A stretch of DNA of 35,407 nucleotides, taken from the NCBI GenBank assembly GCA_016177155.1, contig JACOVU010000029.1, forward strand, positions 1 through 35,407. The letters are read 5' to 3'. The notes under the pieces were generated by a model. The model made no database searches and had not been told where the DNA came from. It saw nothing but the letters and a program-made list of their open reading frames with translations. Source of the stretch: Candidatus Omnitrophota bacterium (lineage in GTDB: Bacteria > Omnitrophota > Omnitrophia > Omnitrophales > Danuiimicrobiaceae). Made by a program: the position numbers and the translations under genes. Shown in pieces: positions 1-8,496 of this stretch (positions are counted from its first letter, which is position 1; the number at the start of each line of letters is the position of its first letter).

Positions 1-1603
1 CTTCCATGGTTCCAATCCGGTGGCCTGCCACATTGAGCACGTCATCCAATCGGCCTAAAAGCCAAAAATAACCTTCCGGGTCTAACTTTGCCCCATCACC
101 AGGAAAATAGATGTTCGGCCACTTGGACCAATATTGCTTCTCGTAGCGGTCAGAATCTCCATAAATACCGCGGAGCATCGCAGGCCAAGGCTTTGTAATC
201 GCCAGGTAACCGCCTCCTACTTCAACTCGCTCGCCTTGCTCATTTAAGATACAAGCTTCGATGCCTGGAAAAGGTTTGGTCGCAGAACCCGGTTTTAAGG
301 TCGTCACGCCGGGAAGTGGTGTAATGAGAATCATGCCGGTTTCGGTTTGCCACCAAGTGTCCACGACAGGACATCTGCCGCGACCAATGTGCTCGTGATA
401 CCACATCCAAGCTTCTGGATTAATCGGTTCGCCTACAGAACCCAAAAGCCTGAGACTTGAAAGGTCGCGCTTCGCGGGCCACTCCGTTCCCCATTTCATA
501 AAGGCGCGAATTGCAGTCGGGGCCGTATAAAAAATAGTAATCCCATACTTTTCAATGAGCTGCCAAAAACGGTCCTTGTCAGGCCAATCGGGTGCGCCTT
601 CATACATAAAAACGGTCGCGCCATTCGCAAGCGGGCCATACACGACATAACTGTGCCCGGTGACCCAACCGATATCGGCTGTGCACCAGTAGACGTCGCT
701 TGGCTTGAGATCAAATACCCACTTCGTCGTCGCGTAAACACCTGTGAGGTAGCCCCCTGTGGTATGGACAATTCCTTTAGGTTTTCCCGTTGTGCCTGAG
801 GTATGCAAAATATAAAGAAGATCTTCCGAATCCATGGGTTCTGGCTCACAATAGGAATCTGCTTCTTGCATAAGCCTGTGCCACCAGTGATCACGGCCTT
901 CTTTCACGCGAAGCGGAAAATCACCACGTTTGACGATCACCACATGCTCAACGGTGGGTGTGTCTTTGAGGGCGTAATCGGCATCATGTTTTAAGGGGAG
1001 AAGTCCGCCGCGACGGTAACCGCCGTCCGCCGTGATCAACACTTTCGCCTGCGCGTCATTAATACGGTCTACGAGTGCCTCTGCGCTGAATCCTCCGAAC
1101 ACCACACTGTGAACCGCTCCAATCCTCGCGCACGCAAGCATGGAGATCGCAATCTCGGGAATCATGGGAAGGTAAATCGCAACACGGTCGCCTTTTTTCA
1201 CGCCCAATTTTTTGAGCGCGTTGGCAAATTTATTCACCTCGCGGTAAAGATCCCAATACGTAAGCGTCCTCTGGTCTCCTGGTTCTCCTTCCCAAATGAT
1301 AGCAGCTCGATTTCGAAACTCAGATTTTGCCCATCGGTCGACGCAACTGGTAGTAACATTCAGTTTCCCACCAACAAACCATTTTGCATCAGGGGGATTC
1401 CATTCGAGGATTTTGTCCCACTTTTTCGTCCAGACCAATTCTTCAGCAAACCGAGCCCAAAAAAGCTCGGGGTTGCGTTTTGCTTCTTCATAAATTTTTT
1501 CATCCCGAACCCAGGCCGTTTTTCGAAATGATTCTGGAGGCGTGAATTGTCTTGTTTCACTGAGCAAAACATCGATCGCTTCGGTCTTTGTTTCGGCTTT
1601 CAT
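1..1603 (-). CDS. acs: Acetyl-CoA synthetase (acetate--CoA ligase), 3' end beyond the window
   Basis: Absent from the ORF track because it runs off the edge. Read by hand from ATG at 1603: [23 protein letters not shown]...; motifs [38 protein letters not shown] and YFPGDGA. Confidence 0.95.
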   Translation of the reverse strand, partial: MKAETKTEAIDVLLSETRQFTPPESFRKTAWVRDEKIYEEAKRNPELFWARFAEELVWTKKWDKILEWNPPDAKWFVGGKLNVTTSCVDRWAKSEFRNRAAIIWEGEPGDQRTLTYWDLYREVNKFANALKKLGVKKGDRVAIYLPMIPEIAISMLACARIGAVHSVVFGGFSAEALVDRINDAQAKVLITADGGYRRGGLLPLKHDADYALKDTPTVEHVVIVKRGDFPLRVKEGRDHWWHRLMQEADSYCEPEPMDSEDLLYILHTSGTTGKPKGIVHTTGGYLTGVYATTKWVFDLKPSDVYWCTADIGWVTGHSYVVYGPLANGATVFMYEGAPDWPDKDRFWQLIEKYGITIFYTAPTAIRAFMKWGTEWPAKRDLSSLRLLGSVGEPINPEAWMWYHEHIGRGRCPVVDTWWQTETGMILITPLPGVTTLKPGSATKPFPGIEACILNEQGERVEVGGGYLAITKPWPAMLRGIYGDSDRYEKQYWSKWPNIYFPGDGAKLDPEGYFWLLGRLDDVLNVAGHRIGTME

Positions 1604-1608
1604 TAGGC

Positions 1609-1947
1609 TCACCAGTTAGAGTCGTCGTACTTCCAGCTTGCGTATAGGTAATAATTTTTAATTTCTTGGTCATAATCCTCGAGCGTAAACGCAAAAGAGG
1701 AAATTCCGCCCTGTGGCAAACCATTGGGATCTGGGATAGTGCTTCGATTCAAAACTGGAAGTTCTTGTTCATTGAAAATGATGAGAGAAACTTTCAGATC
1801 GCAAATGGGGTGTCCAACATTGTTAATGACAATCCCTCTTAATTCAGGTCGGCCTTTGGGATCAAAACCCGAGGCGCCGCCTTTGACAATGACTTTGCGT
1901 GGTAACTTTTGGAAGGTTTCGATTTCAGGAAATTGTTCAATGCCCAT
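1609..1947 (-). CDS. Hypothetical protein, about 112 aa, possibly FxLYD-like beta-sandwich
   Basis: ORF 1609..2073, but its N-terminal part is translated repeat element, so the ATG at 1947 (MGIEQFPE) is preferred. The pattern LRGIVINN...LKVSLIIFN...LPQGGISSF resembles FxLYD-type domains. The stop is 5 nt before the acs start. Confidence 0.6.
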   Translation of the reverse strand: MGIEQFPEIETFQKLPRKVIVKGGASGFDPKGRPELRGIVINNVGHPICDLKVSLIIFNEQELPVLNRSTIPDPNGLPQGGISSFAFTLEDYDQEIKNYYLYASWKYDDSNW

Positions 1948-1982
1948 AGGTTTTGGAAATTCCACTATTGCATGGTTGGGTA

Positions 1983-2090
1983 TTATCCCACCACCTGCTT
2001 GTTTGCCACCTGTTGGTGGCAAATCTCTTTCGAGATGTAAGAGTGCGCGCTTAAAAGTGTGCGCTCTTATCAAGCAGGTGGTGGGATTAT
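1983..2090 (-). repeat. CCACCAC-family inverted-repeat element, promoter type, three internal hairpins
   Basis: Perfect 17-bp inverted repeat atcccaccacctgcttg (1985-2001) / caagcaggtggtgggat (2071-2087). ATAA direct repeats on the minus strand. Same layout as 30009-30115. Confidence 0.9.
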
Positions 2091-2133
2091 AATCGAAGGG
2101 GAAGGAATTACCTACAAAAAATTTAAATGACGG

Positions 2134-3840
2134 CTATGCAGCAAACGCCCTTACGGTTTGTTCCAGTTTCCGCTGGTCATAGGCATCCGGTTTGATATCG
2201 CCGCCTTTAAGGAGAAGATGGACAAAATGAAGGACCACGAGAGGATCAAACTGCGTTCCCGCATGTTGAATCAGTTCCCGAACCGCTTCTTCGCAGTTAA
2301 GCGTTCTCTTGTATCTTCCGCCCGCAACCCGCATCGTATCGTAAGCATCCAGCACGGAGACGATCCGCGCTCCAAAAGGAATTTCTCTCCCTTTGAGACG
2401 GTGCGGGTAACCTTCTCCATTGAACCACTCGTGATGATGTAAAATAATCAACGCTTCGTCCGCCAAAAATTTGATGGGTTTTACAATTTGATATCCCATC
2501 ACGGGATGCGCTTTCATCTTTTCATATTCCTGGTGGGTGTAGGCGCCTGGCTTCAGTAAAATCTCGTCGGAAACGCAAATCTTTCCGATGTCGTGCAAAA
2601 GTCCAGCGTGTTCAATAATCCGCACATCATCTTCCCCCAAACCCATTTCACGCGCAGTCAAAGCGGAGTAATGTCCAACGCGTGCCGCATGACCCATGGT
2701 ATGAGGATCTTTGGCTTCGAGTGCATTGATGAGTGCTTTGGTCGCTTCAATGTAAGCCCGTTTAGACATTTCGGAAATATCAAAGAGGCGTTGTCGGAAT
2801 TGGTACACTTTTTCATCGCTGAATTTCAAATCGGGAATCTGATTGACATAATCCTTGATGATATTCTTATAAAGGACGACTTGATTCCGTCCGTTGCTCT
2901 TGGCTCGATAAAGCGCCTTATCCGCGTAAAAGAGCATGGTTTCTTTCCGATCAATCGGATCTTCGGGATAAGAGGCAATGCCGATGCTCACAGAAATTTG
3001 AACGGGTGTGCCAGATCCAAGGGAGAAGGATTGATCCAAGATTTTCTTCCTCAGCCTTTCTGCAAGAAGGTTCGCTCCTTCATATCCAATATGAGGAAGC
3101 GAGACCACAAACTCTTCGCCGCCATAACGAGCGACGGTATCGGTCTGCCTCAGATAGGAAGTAAAAAAGGAAGCTAAGTTCTTCAAAATTTCATCTCCCG
3201 AAACATGACCATGGGTGTCATTGATCGTTTTAAACTGATCAATATCAACCATGAGGCAAGAAAGCGGATAATGATATCGAGTAGCACGAGCAAATTCTTC
3301 TGCCATTTTTTCTTGAAAGAACCGGTGATTGTATAAACCAGTGAGCTCATCACGTACGGAACGTTCCGAAAGTTTCCTGCCCAAAGTTTCGAGCTGTGTG
3401 TTCTTATTGGCAAGTTCCGTTTCCAATTTTTTCTCACGAACCACCATTTGATGACGTTCGCAAGCAGTTTCAATCATGTGAGGGAGTTCGCGGAATGAAT
3501 TTTCAGATTTGACAAGATAGTCCGAAAAACCTGACTTCAAAACGTTAAGGGCTAAAAGTTCGTCGCCCGCATGGGTCATCAGCAAGATGGGAATATAATA
3601 GTTTTTGGCCTTAATTTGGGCCAGGAAGTCAACGCTGGTTTGATCAGAAAGTTGGTAATCGGTTAGAACCAGATCGAAATCGTCCGTGCTTAGCTTCTCA
3701 AGCGCTTCTTTGACGGTAGAAGCTTGTTCCATTTTTGCCTTATTCTCTTCGGCCCAGCGGGATAGAGCCTGAAATGCTGAACCTGTTTTGTTTGGCTCAC
3801 ATTCAACTACCAAAATCTTAATTGGATGTTTCCGTTCCAT
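2134..3840 (-). CDS. Response regulator with REC, GGDEF and HD-GYP domains
   Basis: N-terminal REC, then DELTGLYN and RQTD(I-site)...RYGGEEF, then HDIGK and HHEWFNGEGYP. Start is ATG 3840 (MERKH) or GTG 3867. Confidence 0.92.
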   Translation of the reverse strand: MERKHPIKILVVECEPNKTGSAFQALSRWAEENKAKMEQASTVKEALEKLSTDDFDLVLTDYQLSDQTSVDFLAQIKAKNYYIPILLMTHAGDELLALNVLKSGFSDYLVKSENSFRELPHMIETACERHQMVVREKKLETELANKNTQLETLGRKLSERSVRDELTGLYNHRFFQEKMAEEFARATRYHYPLSCLMVDIDQFKTINDTHGHVSGDEILKNLASFFTSYLRQTDTVARYGGEEFVVSLPHIGYEGANLLAERLRKKILDQSFSLGSGTPVQISVSIGIASYPEDPIDRKETMLFYADKALYRAKSNGRNQVVLYKNIIKDYVNQIPDLKFSDEKVYQFRQRLFDISEMSKRAYIEATKALINALEAKDPHTMGHAARVGHYSALTAREMGLGEDDVRIIEHAGLLHDIGKICVSDEILLKPGAYTHQEYEKMKAHPVMGYQIVKPIKFLADEALIILHHHEWFNGEGYPHRLKGREIPFGARIVSVLDAYDTMRVAGGRYKRTLNCEEAVRELIQHAGTQFDPLVVLHFVHLLLKGGDIKPDAYDQRKLEQTVRAFAA

Positions 3841-3863
3841 AAAATGTGACACACCCCCTTGTT

Positions 3864-4253
3864 TCAACCAATTAAATTTTTGACGGTCGCAAGCAACTCC
3901 TCGGACTGATAGGGTTTTTTCAAATAACCATTCACCTTTTGTTCCATGACTAACTCGCGGACGCGATCGCTTTCTATCCCTGTTGCAACCACCACTGGAA
4001 TATGGAGACCCGTGCGGTCACGCCGTGCGTTCAAACTGATCAACGTTGTTAAACCATTACGGTCGGGCATGTCGATATCCATAATGATCAAACTCGGGCA
4101 GTAATCTTGCTCAAGCAACTCAAGCGCCTCGAGTCCGTTAAAAACGGCTGAAACGTGATAGCCCGCTGACTCGAGACGAGTGCGCGTCACCTCCGAATAA
4201 TCAAGATCATCATCTACCAATAGAATTTCTTTAAGATTTCGACTTTCGGTCAT
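3864..4253 (-). CDS. Single-domain response regulator (REC)
   Basis: ILLVDDD...IIMDIDMPDRNG...VATG...YLKKPY. Confidence 0.92.
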   Translation of the reverse strand: MTESRNLKEILLVDDDLDYSEVTRTRLESAGYHVSAVFNGLEALELLEQDYCPSLIIMDIDMPDRNGLTTLISLNARRDRTGLHIPVVVATGIESDRVRELVMEQKVNGYLKKPYQSEELLATVKNLIG

Positions 4254-4653
4254 GTTCCGTCAGCTCCACAAGTTGGCAGATGCGCTTCACCAATTTTTCA
4301 ACATCTACAGGTTTTACAAAAAAATCAACCGCTCCTTCAATTCGGGTCATATTTTCAATCATGGGGGCTTTTCCCGTAATAACAATAATGGGAATATCCT
4401 TCGTCGACGAAGGCTTCCCGGTTTCAATATCAATGGGAGCTTTAAGCCGCTTCAGAATGGTCAGGCCGTCCGTATCGGGAAGAAAGACGTCCAGAATCAC
4501 CAGATCGGGTAATTTTTCTTGAATGAGATTAAACGCCTGATCGCCTTCGGTGGTCATCAAAACCCGATGTCCACTGGCTTCAATCCTTAGTTTTAAAAGT
4601 TGCGAAAATTCAATATCATCTTCAACAATGAATACCGTAGCTGGATGCGTCAT
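4231..4653 (-). CDS. Single-domain response regulator (REC)
   Basis: FIVEDD...PDLVILDVFLPDTDG...VITG...FFVKPVD. Confidence 0.92.
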   Translation of the reverse strand: MTHPATVFIVEDDIEFSQLLKLRIEASGHRVLMTTEGDQAFNLIQEKLPDLVILDVFLPDTDGLTILKRLKAPIDIETGKPSSTKDIPIIVITGKAPMIENMTRIEGAVDFFVKPVDVEKLVKRICQLVELTEHDRKSKS

Positions 4654-5867
4654 GTGGTTGCCCTTTCCGATGTAAACGAATTGGCTTCCCGTTGATTGGA
4701 ATGCGTGATTGGAATCGAAACGAGAAACCGACTCCCCTTCCCATATTCACTTTCAGCCCAAATATCGCCGCCATGCAGTTTGACGAGTTCTTTGCAAATG
4801 GAAAGGCCAAGACCTGTACCTCGATTTTCTTTTGTGCCTGCACCTTTCACCTGCTCAAAACGCTCGAACACCCGTTCCAAATCTTCTTTTTTAATCCCAA
4901 TGCCCGTATCGATCACACTGACTAAAACGCGGCCGTTTGGAGTTTGTTCCAGCTGGACCGTAATCGATCCGCCTTCGGGCGTAAACTTAATGGCATTGCC
5001 GACTAAATTCGCCAAGACTTGTACGATCCGTTCGGCATCGCATTCCACCTTGGGAAAAGGTTCGATCGGTTGAAACACAAGTTTGATCTGCTTTTTTCCT
5101 GCCAAGCTTCTCAGAGCTCCAAACACCTCGTCTACGAGGACTTGAACATCACACAATTCAAAATGAAGACGCATTTTTCCCGCCTCCAGTTTGGAGAAAT
5201 CAAGTAAATCATTAATCATGGCAGTCAGTCGTCTGAGACTCCGCTTTGCGATTTCGAGAACTTGCTTTCCTTTCTCTTTATGGGTATCCACAATCCCATC
5301 GAGAATGAGTGAGATACTTTCTTGTACGGCGTTTAGAGGCGTGCGGACATCGTGGCTGACAGAGGCAATAAAATCAGATTTCAATTGGTCCAGTTTTTTG
5401 AGTTCACGGTTTGCTTTCTCAAGCGCTGCATTCTTCTCGCGAATTTCACGTTCGTATCGCTCTTTCTCTTTGACCGCCAAGAACTTCAAAAAAGTTTCGC
5501 CGATGACGTGCGGCAATAAACTCAAATACAAATCGTCCTTGACGATGTAGTTGTACGCCCCTTCCTGCATGGCCTTAACTGCCGTTTTCTCATCCCCTCT
5601 CCCCGTCAGCATAATGAAGGGAATGTCAAGACGTTCTCCATTCATCCATTCGAGAAGCTCAAGTCCGCTTTTTCCGGGAAGGTTGTAGTCCGATATGACC
5701 ATGCTCACGTTACCGCCTTTCATTCTTTCGATCGCCTCTTCAACAGACCCAACTAATTCGACGCTATAGGCGTTTTCCTTGGAGGAGGTAATTGATTTCT
5801 GAGCCAGCAAAGCGTGATCGGGATTATCCTCCACCAGCAATAAATTGAGCATCAACCGATTAATCAT
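4650..5867 (-). CDS. Hybrid REC-histidine kinase (REC-HisKA-HATPase)
   Basis: N-terminal REC; H box SHDVRTPL, N box NLVGNAIKFT, G1 DTGIGI, G2 GTGLGLSI. Confidence 0.93.
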   Translation of the reverse strand: MINRLMLNLLLVEDNPDHALLAQKSITSSKENAYSVELVGSVEEAIERMKGGNVSMVISDYNLPGKSGLELLEWMNGERLDIPFIMLTGRGDEKTAVKAMQEGAYNYIVKDDLYLSLLPHVIGETFLKFLAVKEKERYEREIREKNAALEKANRELKKLDQLKSDFIASVSHDVRTPLNAVQESISLILDGIVDTHKEKGKQVLEIAKRSLRRLTAMINDLLDFSKLEAGKMRLHFELCDVQVLVDEVFGALRSLAGKKQIKLVFQPIEPFPKVECDAERIVQVLANLVGNAIKFTPEGGSITVQLEQTPNGRVLVSVIDTGIGIKKEDLERVFERFEQVKGAGTKENRGTGLGLSICKELVKLHGGDIWAESEYGKGSRFLVSIPITHSNQREANSFTSERATT

Positions 5868-6301
5868 TTTTTCTCCATGCGCGACGCCGCCTGAACATGA
5901 GGTGTCTCAACCGTGTGAAACCAATAATCTTTGACGCATTTCATCTTAGAAACCAAATCACCAAATTGTTCTGGTTTTACGACATAACCCGAAGCGCCAA
6001 GCTGGTATGCTTTTTCAATCTCTTGTGCCCGAGCAGAGGTCGTTAGAAAAACAACGGGAATTTGTTCAAAGCCTTTGATTTGGCGTAAATTCTTTAACAC
6101 TTCAAACCCATCCATCCCGGGCAATTGCAGATCTAACAGGATGAGCTCAGGTTTTCCTTCTTGATTCTGAATGTCTTGACAGGCTTTAAGCGCTTGAAGG
6201 CCGTCGCTGTAACGAACCACTATACAGTCACTATCTTCAACGCTCTTTTGAACGAGAAAAGCATGATCTTCATTGTCTTCAACCATCATAATTTTTCTCA
6301 T
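5864..6301 (-). CDS. Single-domain response regulator (Rcp1-like REC)
   Basis: MVEDNEDH...PELILLDLQLPGMDG...FLTTS...AYQLGASGYVVKP...DYW. Confidence 0.92.
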   Translation of the reverse strand: MRKIMMVEDNEDHAFLVQKSVEDSDCIVVRYSDGLQALKACQDIQNQEGKPELILLDLQLPGMDGFEVLKNLRQIKGFEQIPVVFLTTSARAQEIEKAYQLGASGYVVKPEQFGDLVSKMKCVKDYWFHTVETPHVQAASRMEKK

Positions 6302-7335
6302 GATGGACTCCCGCTGAGCATGGTTGATTTACTGTGGTTCTTAGCCAGCGCGCTTTTTTCTGCGTTTGGCCACTCAAAGAAAAACCGGCTGCCTTTTCCT
6401 TCTTCCGATTCAACCCAAACCTGCCCCCCATTGTGTTCAACAATCTTTTTGACAATACTTAAACCGATACCCGTACCTTCTACCTTTTGAGTATTGGGAG
6501 CGCGCTGAAAAATCTGAAAAATTTTCTCCTGGAATTCCTTCCTAATTCCGACGCCGTTGTCTTTCACGCAAATCCGACAGAACTGCTCTTCGCTTGCGCG
6601 AGAATGCTCAATCTCGATCGACGGTTGCTCGGGCACGCCAATATATTTAATCGCGTTGCCAATGAGATTGGCAAACACTTGTTCCAGCCGTTTGCGAGAA
6701 CCCCATAAGTTCGGAAAATACTCTCCTACTTTCACACGGATAGATTTTTTCTCAAGCTCGGGCGCGAACGGCGCAATAATTTCTTTGAGCAAGTCGTTAA
6801 TATCCACTACTTCCTTCTCATCTTCCACCCGACCGACGCGTGAGAGCTCAAGAAGGTCTAAAATGAGATCATTCATGTGTTGAACATTGGATTGAATGCG
6901 ATTGAAATAATCGAGATTGTTCCCCTGAAGCGTATCGCCTAACTCGGTTTTGAGAATGGAAGCGAAACCTTGAATGGAAACAATCGGCGCTTTTAGGTCG
7001 TGTGAGATAATGTGGATGAAGTTTTCGATTTCTTCGTTTTTATTCAGGAGTTCTTTGTTCTTGGCTTGAATGTCACGTGTTCGCCAATCCACTTCCTTCT
7101 CAAGAAATATTCTTCGAGTTTCGATGGACCAGCTAAAGAGACCTGCCGCAACCGAAAAAAGAGTGCCCATAATCAAGATGAGATAACTTGCAATTTCTCT
7201 ATCGAAAGGGCGAGATCCGTTGTAATAAGCATCCCAGAGGGTCACCGTGAAAAAGACACCTACGAAGAAAATGACGATGTGAAAACGGAAAGGCCTTTTG
7301 CCTTGTTTCTGATCGTCAGGCTCTTTCTGATCCAT
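6298..7335 (-). CDS. Membrane sensor histidine kinase (two TM segments, HisKA, HATPase)
   Basis: Two hydrophobic segments; SHDLKAP, NLIGNAIKY, DNGVGI, GTGIGLSI. Start placed at ATG 7335 (MDQKE) after a GAGGGGG SD-like site. Confidence 0.92.
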   Translation of the reverse strand: MDQKEPDDQKQGKRPFRFHIVIFFVGVFFTVTLWDAYYNGSRPFDREIASYLILIMGTLFSVAAGLFSWSIETRRIFLEKEVDWRTRDIQAKNKELLNKNEEIENFIHIISHDLKAPIVSIQGFASILKTELGDTLQGNNLDYFNRIQSNVQHMNDLILDLLELSRVGRVEDEKEVVDINDLLKEIIAPFAPELEKKSIRVKVGEYFPNLWGSRKRLEQVFANLIGNAIKYIGVPEQPSIEIEHSRASEEQFCRICVKDNGVGIRKEFQEKIFQIFQRAPNTQKVEGTGIGLSIVKKIVEHNGGQVWVESEEGKGSRFFFEWPNAEKSALAKNHSKSTMLSGSPS

Positions 7336-7485
7336 GACCCCCTCTGTGGTCTTGTGGTTGCGAAGTTGATGGTTAGGTGTAACAAACCGGTTACACCTAA
7401 AAGATAACACGCATTATCCTGTTTAAAGGATACCTGACCGTCTTCAGTTTTTCAAATAAGCTAGAGATATATAGTAAAAGGGAAG

Positions 7486-8496
7486 TTAAACTTTGTAACT
7501 CTTTACTAGAAAAGGGGTTCCAGCTTCTTTTGCCCACTGGGCAACTTCCTTGGCATGATAAGTCAAAATGACAGAAGCTCCAGCGCGAGCAAATGAGGTC
7601 AGGATTTCTTGTACTGCTTTTCGCTCATCCAGATATCCCATCGCGCATGCCGCCTTAACCATGGCATATTCACCGCTCACATTGTACGCCGCAATCGGAG
7701 TGTTAAACTTGACTTTGGCGGCACGAATGACATCGAGATAAGCAAGTGCTGGTTTCACCATCACAAGATCTGCGCCTTCTTCAATATCCATTTCAATTTC
7801 GCGGAGCGCTTCATTAACATTGGCATGATCCATTTGATAACTCTTTCGATCCCCAAACTGAGGGCGAGACTGAGCAGCGTCGCGAAAAGGACCGTAAAAG
7901 CTTGAGGCATACTTTGCGGCATAACTTAGAACTGGGGTGTGGGAAAAACCATTCGAGTCAAGTGCCTTTCGAACAGCCTGAATACGTCCGTCCATCATAT
8001 CGCTTGGAGCGACCATGTCCACACCAGCTTCGGCATGTGAAAGGGCGGTTTTTGCAAGCAAGGGAAGTGTGGCGTCATTCAACACATGACTTCCCTCCAC
8101 CACACCGCAATGTCCGTGACTCATATATTCACAAAGACACACATCTGTAATCACAGTAAGGTTGGGAAACCGTTTCTTGATTTCTTGGACTGATTTTTGA
8201 ATTACCCCATTTGCATCATACGCGCCGCTTGCGTGATCGTCTTTCCTGCTCGGAATTCCAAAAAGAAGGATATGTTCAATCCCCAATTCTTCAAGTTCCT
8301 CGAGCTCGCCCAGAAAACGATCGATCGAAAACCGAAACTGCCCCGGCATGGATTCTATTTCCGTTTTGATTTGCGTACCTTCTACCAAGAAATAGGGCAT
8401 GATGAGCTGATCGAGCGAAAGTACAGTTTCTCTCACCAATTTTCTCAAGCCTTCGGTTTGTCTCATCCGCCGAGATCTAAAAAAAGGAAATTTCAT
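7486..8496 (-). CDS. hemB: Porphobilinogen synthase (ALA dehydratase)
   Basis: DVCLCEYMSHGHCG, APSDMMDGR, SSFYGPFRDA, MVKPA, AYNVSGEY. Confidence 0.97.
   Translation of the reverse strand: MKFPFFRSRRMRQTEGLRKLVRETVLSLDQLIMPYFLVEGTQIKTEIESMPGQFRFSIDRFLGELEELEELGIEHILLFGIPSRKDDHASGAYDANGVIQKSVQEIKKRFPNLTVITDVCLCEYMSHGHCGVVEGSHVLNDATLPLLAKTALSHAEAGVDMVAPSDMMDGRIQAVRKALDSNGFSHTPVLSYAAKYASSFYGPFRDAAQSRPQFGDRKSYQMDHANVNEALREIEMDIEEGADLVMVKPALAYLDVIRAAKVKFNTPIAAYNVSGEYAMVKAACAMGYLDERKAVQEILTSFARAGASVILTYHAKEVAQWAKEAGTPFLVKSYKV

Noticed and set aside
496-1572. Short ORFs from the track overlapping the acs region
   Set aside because: Shadow or alternate-frame ORFs of acs, which has clear conserved motifs. 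The same applies to the many + strand ORFs opposite the other genes.
1985-2087. tRNA gene suggested by the cloverleaf-like fold (also 30012-30113)
   Set aside because: The outer stem is 17 bp, and there is no TTCGA T-loop in the right position, no D-loop GG, no 7-nt anticodon loop and no CCA end.
2134-3840. Hypr-type (cGAMP-making) GGDEF
   Set aside because: The guanine-specifying Asp is retained here (GHVSGDEIL) and in the second GGDEF protein (GFERGDQVI).
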